Part shown: in pieces, positions 12,659-25,700 of the stretch
Layout: the number at the start of each line of letters is the position of its first letter
Numbering within the stretch: the stretch's first letter is position 1
From: Styela clava
Taxonomy: Eukaryota
Direction: 5' to 3'
Assembly: GCF_964204865.1 (NCBI RefSeq)
Contig: NC_135261.1
Span: forward strand, 15,252,001-15,316,000
DNA: 64,000 bases
Notes under the pieces: model-generated
The model's database searches: none
Told to the model about the DNA's origin: nothing
What the model saw: the letters and a program-made list of their open reading frames with translations, nothing else
Position numbers and translations under genes: made by a program

Positions 12659-13232
12659 TATAGCAACTAACCCCCAAATGTACCCCATTTCATGTTGAAA
12701 TCATCATGACAAAGTTAATTTTTCCCAAAATTCGAACAAAGACTTTCGTAGGAATTAAATTACACCAGTTTTAAGAACATAACAGGTTCCATCCAGTCAT
12801 TATCAAATTAAAATCTATATTCTCAAGACCTTTGGCACTGATTGAAATAATTATATCTAAGTTCCCATCCGTACGATGTACATAATTACCCTTATTGAGA
12901 TAATAGGAATTTCTGGTTATAACGTAAATCACGAGCTCACGTTTACAGCATTTAATTAGATTTATGATCGACGTATAAATACGACTCCGATATCTTTCGA
13001 TAGAAGGAAGACGATGTAAACCATTCTAAGCTAGTCTGGATAAATGTTTTAAGATTTGTATTCTGTGTGTTGTGGAAATTTACAAATAAAAACATATAGA
13101 GATTTTTAACGCATCTTCATTCACGTGGGCGTTGAAGCTGAAGGGTGAACGGGTGACTTGCAAGTCAGAGACAATCTACGAAATAGCAATATACGGTAAC
13201 ATCACATTCATCTAACAATCATTTATGCTATA
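12659..13232 (+). repeat. 5' LTR
   Basis: Contains TATAAATA (12974) and AATAAA (13085); same sequence as 14661-15234. Confidence 0.9.
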
Positions 13233-14179
13233 AATGGTGACAAAGCCGACTTGAATTAACCTTCTGAAACGGAGCAGATCAACAGGGTTCAACCACAAAT
13301 TCGGACAACAATCAGGACTGGCAACAATTTGACGGAATCAACCAAAAAGCTGACCAAGCGAAAGCTTTCAATAAGTGCCGAGAAACCGTCTCCACAAAAC
13401 GTGCGAACTTACGAACGTCGGGGAGATTCAAATTGCCTGGAACAACGAGTGAAGTATCAAATTGCTGACAAGCCGACATAATCAAAAACATTATGAAAAG
13501 ACAATAATTTCAATTGAAAACAGTTGAACTATGGTAACGGACTCTGGAAACGTTAAAATCATGAATATGGACTGTATTGAACATCGATCGAAATGAACTC
13601 TTTTAGAACATGATATATGTTCGAGGTGAAAAACCTAATCAAAAACGAACTGTTGAAAACAATGAACTATATGGACTGTTTTACGGTAAATTACGCGCTC
13701 TATTCCGAATAATAGAGAGAGGAATTGTCGCGCGTACCTAATGGATATACAGATCAGGAGCATGTCATTCTACAATTTGTTTCATGATTTGCAGGTTTTT
13801 CTTCTCATTGAGACAGACATTTTTCATTCTTCCACTAATACTAAGGTAAAGTACTTCTTTTTCTTCTCGTATATACATGGCGTTTCATTCGGCTTTCAAT
13901 TTTTATAAATTAATTAATGGTAACAACTTTGAATATTCTAATTTCAAATACCTTTCAAGAGATTTATATTATTGAATATTTGTGGTTAGCATTCCTTTTC
14001 GATTAAATAGATTTCGTTGGAATTAAAATGCTTTCTAAAAGTAGATTCGAGCGAGTCATACTTTTAATTATTTACAAAGCCGTCATATAGAACGGTGAAA
14101 TAATAAGCTCGTTAAACAAAAATTGTATCAAAAGCGTTATTTTTTCAAAAAAGCCCTGAGATGGCATAAACGTAAAAAT

Positions 14180-14334
14180 GCGTTTTTTCATCCCGACACG
14201 GGACAAATATATAGACCAACTAGGTCGCAACGCGTTTTTTCTTCCCGACATGGGACAAGCATATATTGACCAACTAGGTCGCAACGCGTTTTTTCTTCCC
14301 GACATGGGACAAGCATATATTGACCAACTAGGTC
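14180..14334. repeat. Minisatellite, 54-bp unit, about 3 copies, inside the LTR element
   Basis: Unit gcgtttttt...cccgaca.gggacaa...atat...gaccaactaggtc at 14180, 14232 and 14286. Confidence 0.9.
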
Positions 14335-14660
14335 TACAAAATCGTAACAATGCGATAATGCGAGCATTAAGTATTTTAACTTAGCGAAATACATTGAATT
14401 GAAAATATGTTTTAACCGACCAAACCAAAATTTTTAAAATAAAAATACGCCATCCTTCTGTAATTCTACTTTACAATCTTTACTCTTTCTATAAACTCTT
14501 CTTTATTTCAATGTCGTGTCTCATTGTAGATCATATACATGTAAATATATTTTACTAATATCCTTAATTTTAGCATTGTGTATTGTATTTTTCGATATAT
14601 TTCCACTTTATTAGAGGGTGCCAAATCTTTAAACTTCCAGTTAGTAAGATGGGGAGATAA

Positions 14661-15234
14661 TATAGCAACTAACCCCCAAATGTACCCCATTTCATGTTGA
14701 AATCATCATGACAAAGTTAATTTTTCCCAAAATTCGAACAAAGACTTTCGTAGGAATTAAATTACACCAGTTTTAAGAACATAACAGGTTCCATCCAGTC
14801 ATTATCAAATTAAAATCTATATTCTCAAGACCTTTGGCACTGATTGAAATAATTATATCTAAGTTCCCATCCGTACGATGTACATAATTACCCTTATTGA
14901 GATAATAGGAATTTCTGGTTATAACGTAAATCACGAGCTCACGTTTACAGCATTTAATTAGATTTATGATCGACGTATAAATACGACTCCGATATCTTTC
15001 GATAGAAGGAAGACGATGTAAACCATTCTAAGCTAGTCTGGATAAATGTTTTAAGATTTGTATTCTGTGTGTTGTGGAAATTTACAAATAAAAACATATA
15101 GAGATTTTTAACGCATCTTCATTCACGTGGGCGTTGAAGCTGAAGGGTGAACGGGTGACTTGCAAGTCAGAGACAATCTACGAAATAGCAATATACGGTA
15201 ACATCACATTCATCTAACAATCATTTATGCTATA
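14661..15234 (+). repeat. 3' LTR
   Basis: Follows the PPT; TATAAATA at 14976. Confidence 0.9.
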
Positions 15235-16360
15235 GCTGTAGTACTGAGCAAGACAATCGATCGCGAAACCGCTTGAAATAAGTGTAAAACAGTGTTCCCA
15301 TGAGTAAAAATAAATACCGCGAAATTTTGTATGAAATATCATATCTCATAGGATTCATATAAAATTTAAGAATAAACAAAAGTAATAGCCTTCTAGCGAA
15401 AAAATTAATCTTTAACCATTGAAAATTTCAAAGCAATTGGTCCAGTATTCGAAGAGAAAAGCGACTTTTTAAAAACGTGTCAAAGAACAAGAACAACAAC
15501 AACAACAACATAATATTGAAACGATCGTTATGTCCACTACGTGTCCAACAAAAGAATCTTTGTTCACGAGATCAACAACAACAACAATTTCGAAAAAACT
15601 ACCATAACTACACATCGCGTCCAATAAAACAGGAAGTTGTTGTTTCACACAATATGCAGAGCTGAAGTCACGAGATTCCGATTTGGAAATCTGTCGTTAG
15701 TATTACAGTATTGAGCGGTGCAGTTCATGTATAACGAGGATTTTACGTTATCAGAACTAAACCAAAATTTTCTGAATTACTGAATTATGGGCGCATTTGA
15801 TTCACAACTGAATTAACTTTAAAACGGTTTAAGCTTAAAAACGGTGTTTTGATTTGACGAGTCAGTCCCATTGTCTAGGTCCTAGGATGCTAAACCAATA
15901 AGAAAACTGGTGTCTTTAATCTTTTGGAAGTACACTCTGACCCTTAACACAGGTACAGCAGTCTGGCAGTACTGCAGTATCGTATCCATCTGGACACAGG
16001 TTAGATTATAATAAATATATAAACTAGACCTACTGCAGTACTAAGTTATGCATTTTCTGCCAAGGCTGCAAGGTGATTTTTGTCTATATAGCCTATTTTC
16101 AGAATTCACTTTCGGTATTCAGGTATTTGATTTTGCTGTTTTAGTCAATGAATGGCCTATTCTGTCCAACTTTTCTGATTAAATACATTTTCATCTCAAT
16201 TCTCAACCCATTACAGCATTATGTTCACCCATTCTTTCATTCAGCTTTCTTATCATCCAGTCATCAGCTCGGCAGTACATCGGTGGTAATACTGTAATAT
16301 GGTGCTTTGTGATACCGTGATTGCACATCTGATTGGAGGATTCAGTGATTAACATGCAGC

Positions 16361-16650
16361 GTTGGTTCGCAGCTTGGAATCTCATCCCATGGGTTCATGG
16401 CGAATAATCATTTATTAGATGTTAGATCGGAATCCATGCCAACTTAGGGTGGTTCACTTGAGTTGACCGCTGGCCGGATACGGCTTCCCTATCGACTTCA
16501 TGCCCATGCGTCTGAAAACTAATAACTGGCTAACTAATCTCATACCCAGTATGGTATATCTGCATACGGTGGACTGGTAACTGGACTAGAGACAATTGTT
16601 GGCCATATGATTAAGCCGTATTATCATGGTTTCTACAAAATCCTAACCTA
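16361..16650 (+). mobile_element. tRNA-type SINE family copy
   Basis: Shares the core aataactggctaactaat.ccatacc....atgg and gccatatgattaagcc with copies at 29908 and 37412. Confidence 0.65.
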
Positions 16651-16748
16651 ATTTATTTTTTTTTGACAGACTAAATAGCGAAATAACGGCCAGTAGTCCA
16701 CTGTTTGCTTCAGGATGATTTTACTATCTGAAATCTCATGACAATGCA

Positions 16749-19700
16749 ATGAATGCAGCCGATTCTCAAAGTCGTTCAGCTGATTTTTCCGAGAACACCG
16801 AACAAAATAATGCCGAGGATATATCAGAAATACAAAACGGAGAATTTGATGCCAGTCAACCAGACTTTGTTACTAATCATATAGAAACGAAAGAATCCCA
16901 CCAGGATGCTGATCTCCAGGAGGATAGTTCATCCAGTGAAGTCGGCAAAGCTTCATCAAATGTTGAAGAAAGCTACACTGGTTCAGATGCACTTAACTTG
17001 TCATCTTTCAAAGAATATGAAGATTGCAATGATATTTTGACTCTAATTCCTACAAGAATACAACATGGATTTAGGTAAAGAATAGACTAATCATTTTTAT
17101 TGATGATATTTAAACCATGGTATATGGTAATGGCTGAAATCTTTCCACAAGAGTTCAAGGTCCTATTCCATGTAACACTATGCAGGCGAACATCGCTCGT
17201 TCACTTTCGGTCTTACCCCATTTTAGCTCGACTCAACATTGCTTGTACGCAAAAGAGAAAATGCATTTCTTTTGTCATATTTTCAGGAATATTGATGTTA
17301 AAATCCTATGTTTGGATGCTTCAAAAAGTCATCTATTATTTGGATCCAATGCTGGGTGTGGATTTTTGTATAACAGAGAGACAGGAGGATTTATTAAACT
17401 TCTTAGTGAGGTACATTAATTATCATTTATTAATTAATAAGTCTATACCAACTAACAACTTTTAATCAAAACTGTTAAATCATATTTTGGATATTCACTC
17501 CAGGAGAACCTTATTCATAGCCGTTATGTCTAGCTGTGGTTGACTGGACTGATCTAAATAAAATTTTTCTTAGCATCCTGGTAATATATGCGTTTCATTC
17601 AAAGTCCGGATTGATGTTTCGTTTTCATGACAGCAACAGAAAATGTGTCAGTCGTTGAGATATTTCAATGCACCCACCATTTGCCGCCCTTTTCTAACTA
17701 AGTCAAAGATTAAAATTCTCAAAATTTACCATCCACGGATGAAATTACTCCTTTGGAAGAGCCATCTTTTACCCCGATAACCACCCACGTGAGGATGCCG
17801 AAAATGCAGTTTTGTTAACTTGTCTTGCGTATGCTGCCATTACAGTCCTGCAATTTTTGCACGAATCGCAAGTAGCAACACCCATCCCCTAGTTATCCGC
17901 TAACAACCCTGTACTGATTCAGGCCTCAGATATCCATCCTGAGCGTCTACTGGTTTGCTTATTTATCTGTTGATAGAGACAAATGTAACAGCTAGGGCAA
18001 TTGCTAGGTAAATTTCTATATTTCTCTGGCAAAACTTGGCCCAACAAGAGCAAGCATTTTTATATATGAAATAATTGCAGATGAAAGATGAAGCAGGTAA
18101 TGCAATGCATCCTTTCATCTTGATAGGTTTATAATTGAGAATCAATGTGGTATAATAATATCAGATTCTTAGAGTTGCTCATGTATATTCAGAACATTTG
18201 CACATGTGGACAACCTAAAAATATCTGCACTATTCTTTGGAAAGTTTCATTCAGGATTCAAAGTTTTCATCGTTCACTTTTATTAACAATCAAATTTTCT
18301 CCACAGAACAAAGGTGATGTTATTTCCTCTGTGAAACTCTTTGTTGGAATTGAATTTCAAACTGCTCTTGGTACAGAAGAGGGAAGAATTACTCTTGTGA
18401 TTTTTCCTAATGGATCAACAAATTCTACTAGACAGGTATATTTGTGTACCAATCATATATATTTTACTATTTTAAATTCTTTTTACCGCTTTTATTTAAT
18501 GATCTTCAAATAGTTATCATTCAAATCTGGTAATGGCAGGGTTCTTACTATTGATAATGAGAGTTCTCCATCTGCCTGTTAAGTTATCGGTGTAATATTA
18601 AGTTGATTATAGCAAAATTATGTTTCATATTTTAAATTTAAATGTCTCTTTGGCCATTGTTACTTATCGATTTCAATCGGTAAGTATGTTGATAGGTATT
18701 TGTCTGTATGTCTGTCTGTCTGTTAGATGCATGCGATATCTCACGAAAGTGAGATTGAATCTGCTCCAGATTTTGCATGTGCATTCATCATATGTCGGAC
18801 CATAAGCCTATTGATGTTGGATGAATTATGTCATATGATTAGCGAGTTATTAATTAATTAGTGATGGGACACAAGGTGTCACTATGGAGTCGGAGCGCAT
18901 TTTTGGGGATCCCCTAACTTTCGATCGATAAGTCTTCGGTCTCTGACCGATATTCTCGTTTTCATTTTAATGAGTTCAGGCATTGGAAATGTGATTAATT
19001 GTTTAAATTGTAATAGTGGAATTCAGTACCAGTCAAAATCTGACTATAAAATCTTGGGATTCAGTAATTTCAAATTGGAATGATTTATGTAGATATAAGT
19101 TATATTAATTTATTTCTTAACATGGTATTTTTTGTTATTGCAATCAGTTGGAGAAACATTCTTCTTACTGTAAGTTTTGAGTCTTACCGTAAATTGCAAA
19201 AAAAAGTATCAAATGATCAGAGTGTATTGGACTTTACAGTTCACATTGTCATAACATTACCAAATTTAATTTTAGGTTCAAAAATTTTCTCTTGGTAAAG
19301 TTCATCCAGCTGAAATAACATGTATGGAATGGAGTAGCAATGGAATGAAATTATACACTGGTGATAGAAAAGGAAATATTTATTTGATCGAAAGAGATTT
19401 TGAAAAGGTAATTCATAACTGAAACAGCTAATCATATCCCTAATAAGACGACTTAATCATATGGCATTCCTCCGGTTTCCAGTCCATGTCGGGTATGGGA
19501 ATAGTAGTTATTTGTTTCAGATGCATGGACTCATATTTTACCATTTAGTAGTTTTAAATGCTGCTTCATAGTGTTATACATTTTCGATATACATGTAGAT
19601 CATTTTTACTATAGAATTATGATTTATTTTTTCTTTCTTATATGCATTAACTGTATCTTACTTTAGGACAAGTGCAATGTTATTCTCATTCATTCGGAGC

Positions 19701-22700
19701 GGCAAGCTATTGTTGATTTATCGTACAGGCACATGATATTACTAATTTCTACAACAGAGCGAACTGTACTTCTACATACAAATAAATCAAAAAATGAAGG
19801 ATTGAAACCTATAGGATCAAAACCTTTTAGAAGGTGAGTTGTGAATTATGTAAATTGGTAGTGGTAACTCATACACTGGGATCGACCAAACTTAATTATC
19901 TACTGTTCCCAGTACATTCTGTGATAATTTTTTTAATAAGAAATTGAATATATTTTGAATGAATCATGCACATCAAAGAACACATAGAAGGCTGTATATA
20001 TTCAATGAGCTTGAATATGAATCTGCAGGAATGATGAAAAAAATTTATAATTTTTTCAGTTTCCTAGTTTTTCCACTATACGGAAACTACATAACTTTTT
20101 AAACTTGCTGTGAGTCTTTAATTGGGCAAAAAATTAATTTTTGAAATGCAAATAATACTGTATTATTCCTCAAATCATTAATTTTATGTTGGATAGGTTG
20201 AATATCTTTAATTTTAAGTTATTCAAATATTTGATTTGTTATTGCCACTATGCTTACACATTTATGTTTGTGCTCATATTGTATTCGAAAATATCGACAT
20301 CAATTGACTTTTTAAATAAATTCATATTCTGGATGTTAATATCCGGATTCAAGAAATCCTCGATTTATTTTTTAGTGGATGTTTTGGTTCCTGCTTCAAT
20401 CCTGGTTCTCTATCTGCTTCTGATTTGCAAGTATTCTGTACCAGACCTGGATATAGAATATGGATTGTAAGTAAATATACTGTAGTCGTTACAATTTACT
20501 TATAATCATAAAGTTTGGGATTGGATAGTAATATTGGTATATTGGAGGAATAGCGTATTTTCCGGTCGATAAGCCGATTTTCTGGACCCTATTTTCATCC
20601 TGATTTCCTGGGTTCGTCTTATCTTTATTTTGCTGGTGTGGGCTTAATTTTGGTTTGAACCAGAAAATACTCAAAAAGGGTACAACAATGTGCCTTCCAT
20701 GTCATTTTGCATGAATCTGCGTTCTCTTAATGTAAATCTAGAATATCTCCACTGAGATTATTAAATTTGATGTTGCTGCATTTCGAGCCTTTTGCTCGTT
20801 ACACACAATTACAGGTATCATATTAGGATAAACAATTATTTGATGTATTTGATTCACTTTCGGGATTTAATGCAAATGTTCTTTGTTATACTATTATACT
20901 TGAGGGTCACTCCGTGGTTGAAACACTAGCACCAGCACTATTTCAAAAATTTCTGGGGTTGCTATGAGATTCGTATTTCATGTGCGATGACGTCATCAAA
21001 GTTAATATTTGCGCACCTTGTGGCATTTGCGTTCATTACAATCTTGTGGTGGCCAGGTGAAGTTGTGAAAACTGCGATACCGGTAGTTTACTGTGAAAGA
21101 TTGCATGCCTGTACTACTTAGTTTTGGCCTTTGTGTCCGTATATTTGAGCATTCCCTATTTGTTTTCTATCAACAGGCTGACACTGAAGGACGGGTAACA
21201 AACACATTGTTGTTAAAAGACCTGGTGTCCTCGGCTCATCCCAAAATAATTTTACAGTTGGAAGAGACTCAATATAACAAGGATTCTCAATTCAGAAAAT
21301 TATTGTTTTTTCAGGAATACTTGCTATCTTATTCAGGTAACATCATCATAGTATGTTATATTTTCGTTTATTAATGCCCATATTGGAAGCATTCGACATG
21401 GCAAAATCAAAGTATTATGCAAAATTTTGTTGCCGTTCTTTGGGGTTGTCTCAATATTAATTAACTTTGGATCAGTAAAGGCATTAATGTTCCTTCTCTG
21501 TTGTCAGTTTTCATGAATCGGCGTTGCAGTACTGTGAATCTGGAATATCCTCACTGTGAATTTTATAGTTGAATATGCTGCATTTGTGTGTGTATCACAA
21601 GCAAAAGCAATTACAGATACCAACACATGTAGTAAAAACTCATTAGCTCATTGAAACAAGGAAGGTGCTTTGGCACATTTCTATAAACATGTCATTCGCG
21701 CATTGGCGTGTAACTGAAGAAAATATGAATAAAAGAGAATCGATAATAATAGACCGTGCATTAGTAATAATTGACGAAACTGAAGAAAAGAGAAAAAAAA
21801 TAACACAATATTTCTGTCTCTGCTGATTGAGTGGTAATATGATAAACCCCTCATTTTTAATGCAAGAAAATTGGTCTCAGCTTATCAGCCTGGAAAATAC
21901 GGTAAAGGACAAAGTTAAATTTGTTATCTTACCACTTATTCTCAGTGATGATGACAAATTTAACAAGATTTTATACTGGCTCACTTTCATCTGAATCACA
22001 TGATTTGTTGTTCTTTATATATATTTCCATAACACATAGAAAAGGATATGTTCAACTGTTTAATATGAGTCATTTTTAAAAATGACAACAGTCTTTTAGA
22101 CCTCAAAAATAGTAATAACTTTTATATTTTACAGCTTTTTGTAGCATATTTACCGTATTTTAAATCAGTATGGTGTAACATATCAACATTTCCAATTTTA
22201 AGTATTAATTATGTTTGTTATATTTTTTTATAATTTAGAAACATCACTATTCTTGATTGATCACACGAAACCTTGTCTTATCGCAAGTAATCAAGAGTTG
22301 TCAAATATCTTAGACGTAGCTGTGAGTACAGATGAAATCTTTGTTTTGAGCAAAGATCGACAACTTCATAGAATTTCTGAACATCCTGATGAAGCTGCAA
22401 GTAAGTACCTGTAAACCTATTTCGTGCCTCTGGTAGGCATGCATCGCAAGTTTTCCCTTATACTTTAGTTTCTATTGTTTATAATTTATACTCGTTCAGG
22501 CAAAATGATTGTATCATTCACAAGCAAAATGTTTTGTCGATATTTGGAGCTTCAGTTGATATTATCAAATGACAATGTATAAGGCAGTGAGTGGTTTGTA
22601 ACCTTTTTGGCGGTGAGGAATCAAGGCACCTGTGTGCAATACTAGAAAGGCTTTAAAAAGGATTGTATGTTTTGCTGTATTAATAATGCAATAACTGAGT

Positions 22701-25700
22701 TTCAAACCTTGGACTTCTAATTATGTGTAATCAGACTGCAACTTGGCTAATTTTGGCTGTTGTATGTCCTTGTTTTATCATACAAACATCATTTTAACTT
22801 GTCTTCTTGTTAACTTAATTATTGCAGTTAAGTCGAAACGTTCAAACAATGAAGAAAAGAAAAAGGATGGACAGAGTATAAATTTACAGGTGATTTTGTG
22901 AAATTGTGGATTTGAATTGGTTGTGACTTATATTGAAAGTATCAAGCCATTTATTCTGAAATATAGGATTTGATCTTTGAATGTAATATAAATGTTCTAA
23001 ATTCAAATATCTTCTTCCACAAAATCATCATACTATATGGCAAATTTCACTATGTAAAATGTTGCTGCAAATGTGGTGAGTTTTACAAAAATGGCATTAC
23101 TTTTCATAACTTAATAACCCAATATCATTTAATTGTTCCCCCCCCATATCTCTTTGTCAAATTTGTTGTCGATTGTAGGACGTTAAATCATCCTTTACGG
23201 AAATGAAAAAGAATCTCACACCATTTGTTGGGGTTTTACAATCAAGAATGTCCAGTTTAAATGAGGGTGCAGGACAATTATCACAAAGAATACAGTCTCA
23301 GGTGAATATTAGTTTGGATAGGGGTGCAAAAAGGGCAAAAAGTTTTAGTCATAAAATGTTTCAATAAAATAATTTCAAATTGAAAATGATTTGAACCTGT
23401 ATTTTACTCAAATAGTAACGTACAAGTATCTCAATTCAACAACAGTTGCTAAAATTCTCAGTCAACGATCGAGGGGTGTATTTTTAAACTTTGCCATGGG
23501 CGCCATTTTATGTAGGTATGCCACTTCATATGTCCATGTTGATCTGACTGTTCAGCATATTTCTGTGCTGTCATAACTGATCAATAATTAAACCTCTTTT
23601 TGTAATATATTGGGAGGTTAGTTGAAATTCTGGAATCGATTGGTAAAATAACAATTGTCAGATTTTCCTTTTTCCGAAGAACCTATATATATATGTGAAG
23701 TCTATGCTCATGGAAAATTGATAAATTAAAGTAAAGTTATGTTTGAAGTTTAATAACATATGGGTAACATTATGAGTTGTATGTTTATTTGCCTATTTTT
23801 AAGATTATTCGGATCAGAAAATACAATATGATTATTCATTCAGGCTAAAGAACTTCAAAAGAAACTTCCTGTTGTGGCGACAACACTATTCACTAAGGAT
23901 GACAAAAATATTAACCCACCCTCAGATATTCGAAAACCAAATGTCACTGAAGAATCTGTGAATGATAATGATAACAAAACTAAAGACATAAATACAGAAG
24001 CAGAAAATTCAGGTAAGAATATTTGACTAATTTTGATTGTGTTGATCGAGTTTTGAATTCTCCGTTATACTGTGTGCTGTTGTCAAGCACTTGCCTATAT
24101 AGTTCGTTAAATGGATGGTGAATAACTACAGGTACTTCCAATTGCTTACGTTTTGTGATTCCTATGTTTGCAGCTAAAAATTGTAATAGGCTATTGTAGA
24201 TGATGATATTTTTACGTCCTACTTATATAGGAACAGGATTCTTGGCTTTTTATTGTATATTATACTTATTATTGTTCTTGAATAAAATACCTGGAGGGTG
24301 ATGACATCTTGCCTACTTTACCTTGGTTGCTAAATGCCCCAAACTTATTTGGCTATTTTGTATGATTTTCAATATATAAATCCATACCACTCCTAGCAAT
24401 GCTGTGTCCAGGTCATGATAATGTTGATAAATTTTCCAATATGCTGCTATTATCAATAGTATATTTGTCTTGATCATACCCAATTCATTTTGCTTCAGTG
24501 GAGAGGTTTTTGATGTAAGATAACCTATGTGTATATCTTTTATTAACCCAACAATGAAATATTTCTAAAATACAACAACAATCTATCTAGTATGTATAGA
24601 TATCAATATTGACCTATTTTAAAGCTAGGTTAAACAAACATGTCATAGCAAAAGGTAAATCATTAAACTACCAAAGCACATGCTGCTATGCACGTGACAT
24701 AAATATACAAATATTATCAACAGAAAACAAACATATGGGTGATGCTTTTTTGTGTGTTCACAAATGGCACCATGTGTTTGTTGTTATACTGAGCACCAAT
24801 TATACAATTGACTCTTAATAAGAATTGTTTTGAAGTTTGTTGTGTAAGGTCCCCAACTAACAAAAAATATATAAGTGACAATAAAACAGAACCCAAACAT
24901 TTCCCGATTACTTCTGTGAAAGGAACACTTGAACTTCTGTTTGTGAATGACTTTACCCATAAGTTTCAGTAATCTGGGATGCTTTTCTCAGAAGTTATCT
25001 TAATTCTGGAATAGGCCTATCTAAATTACCCCGGTTTTAATTGATATAGGTATTTGTAAGCAAACTTATTCAAGTTATTTCATTAGTTAACACTGTTCCA
25101 TAATATGCTTACTATCTAACTTACTGATGATTTAGATTTTAGTTAAATTTATTCTAATGCAGACTTGCTATTGGGGCTGTTATAAGTTGGCTGAAGCAAT
25201 TGTCGATATATATTCTTGATCCTAATCTGATTTATTTTAATTTAACACTTTAATTGCTTATTATTTCAATTAATCTTTGTAAAGATATTTAAAGTTAAGA
25301 TTTGTGATTTTCCATGCCATAATCAAATATCTATTACAGTAATACTTTACCATGCACATTCAACCTAGTAAACCTTACCCATTGAATGCTGTCATGCCTG
25401 TCAATTAATTTATTTTCTAATCTAATTAAAGTTGCTGTTAAATGTGGTCTGTTTTTGTAACAGGATTTGTCAGCGGAATATGACCAACCAAAAAATAAAG
25501 TATTTCATTTTGAAAATTGAAATTTTCTACTAGGGATGTGTTTTTTTCAATTGAAGATCACTGAATGTTTTATTTCTGCTTCTGTAAACCAGTGGTTTTA
25601 CTTTTTCTTCTATCTGCATCCCTTTTTAAAAATCACCAACCGATTCTTTCACCCCCATTAAATTACAAACAACGATTGTTTGAGTCTCGCTTTTCTTAAG

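Larger units (their letters stand above)
12659..15234 (+). mobile_element. Non-autonomous LTR retrotransposon (TRIM/LARD-like, Gypsy-type signals), 2576 bp
   Basis: Two 574-bp direct repeats (12659-13232, 14661-15234), identical by eye and bounded by TATAGCA...TGCTATA; 4-bp TSD GCTG (12655-58, 15235-38); PBS-like TGGTGAC at 13235; polypurine tract aagatggggaga at 14646-14657; no gag/pol ORF in the 1428-bp interior. Confidence 0.9.
11671..15548 (-). mobile_element. Helentron-associated / DINE-1-like element (HINE) carrying nested insertions
   Basis: End aacaagagag with hairpin gagc-tat-gctc; 11-bp subterminal inverted repeats tggacacgtag (11696-11706) / ctacgtgtcca (15537-15547); (AAC)n microsatellite near the other end; internally duplicated block of about 105 bp (11740-11847, 15378-15485). 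Confidence 0.65.

Noticed and set aside
13233-13700. Possible gag remnant in the LTR element interior
   Set aside because: Only short open stretches; no CCHC, protease, RT or integrase motif visible.
14072-14394. Overlapping ORFs with repeated peptides (YIDQLGRNAFFLPDMGQA etc.), or a CRISPR-like array
   Set aside because: By-products of a 54-bp tandem repeat with no unique spacers and no cas genes; eukaryotic context.
16749-21336. Calling the WD40 region HPS5 or TECPR1
   Set aside because: The N-terminal WD40 plus C-terminal tectonin repeats and terminal LIR fit TECPR2; no HPS5 helical C-terminus and no TECPR1 dysferlin/PH domains were seen.
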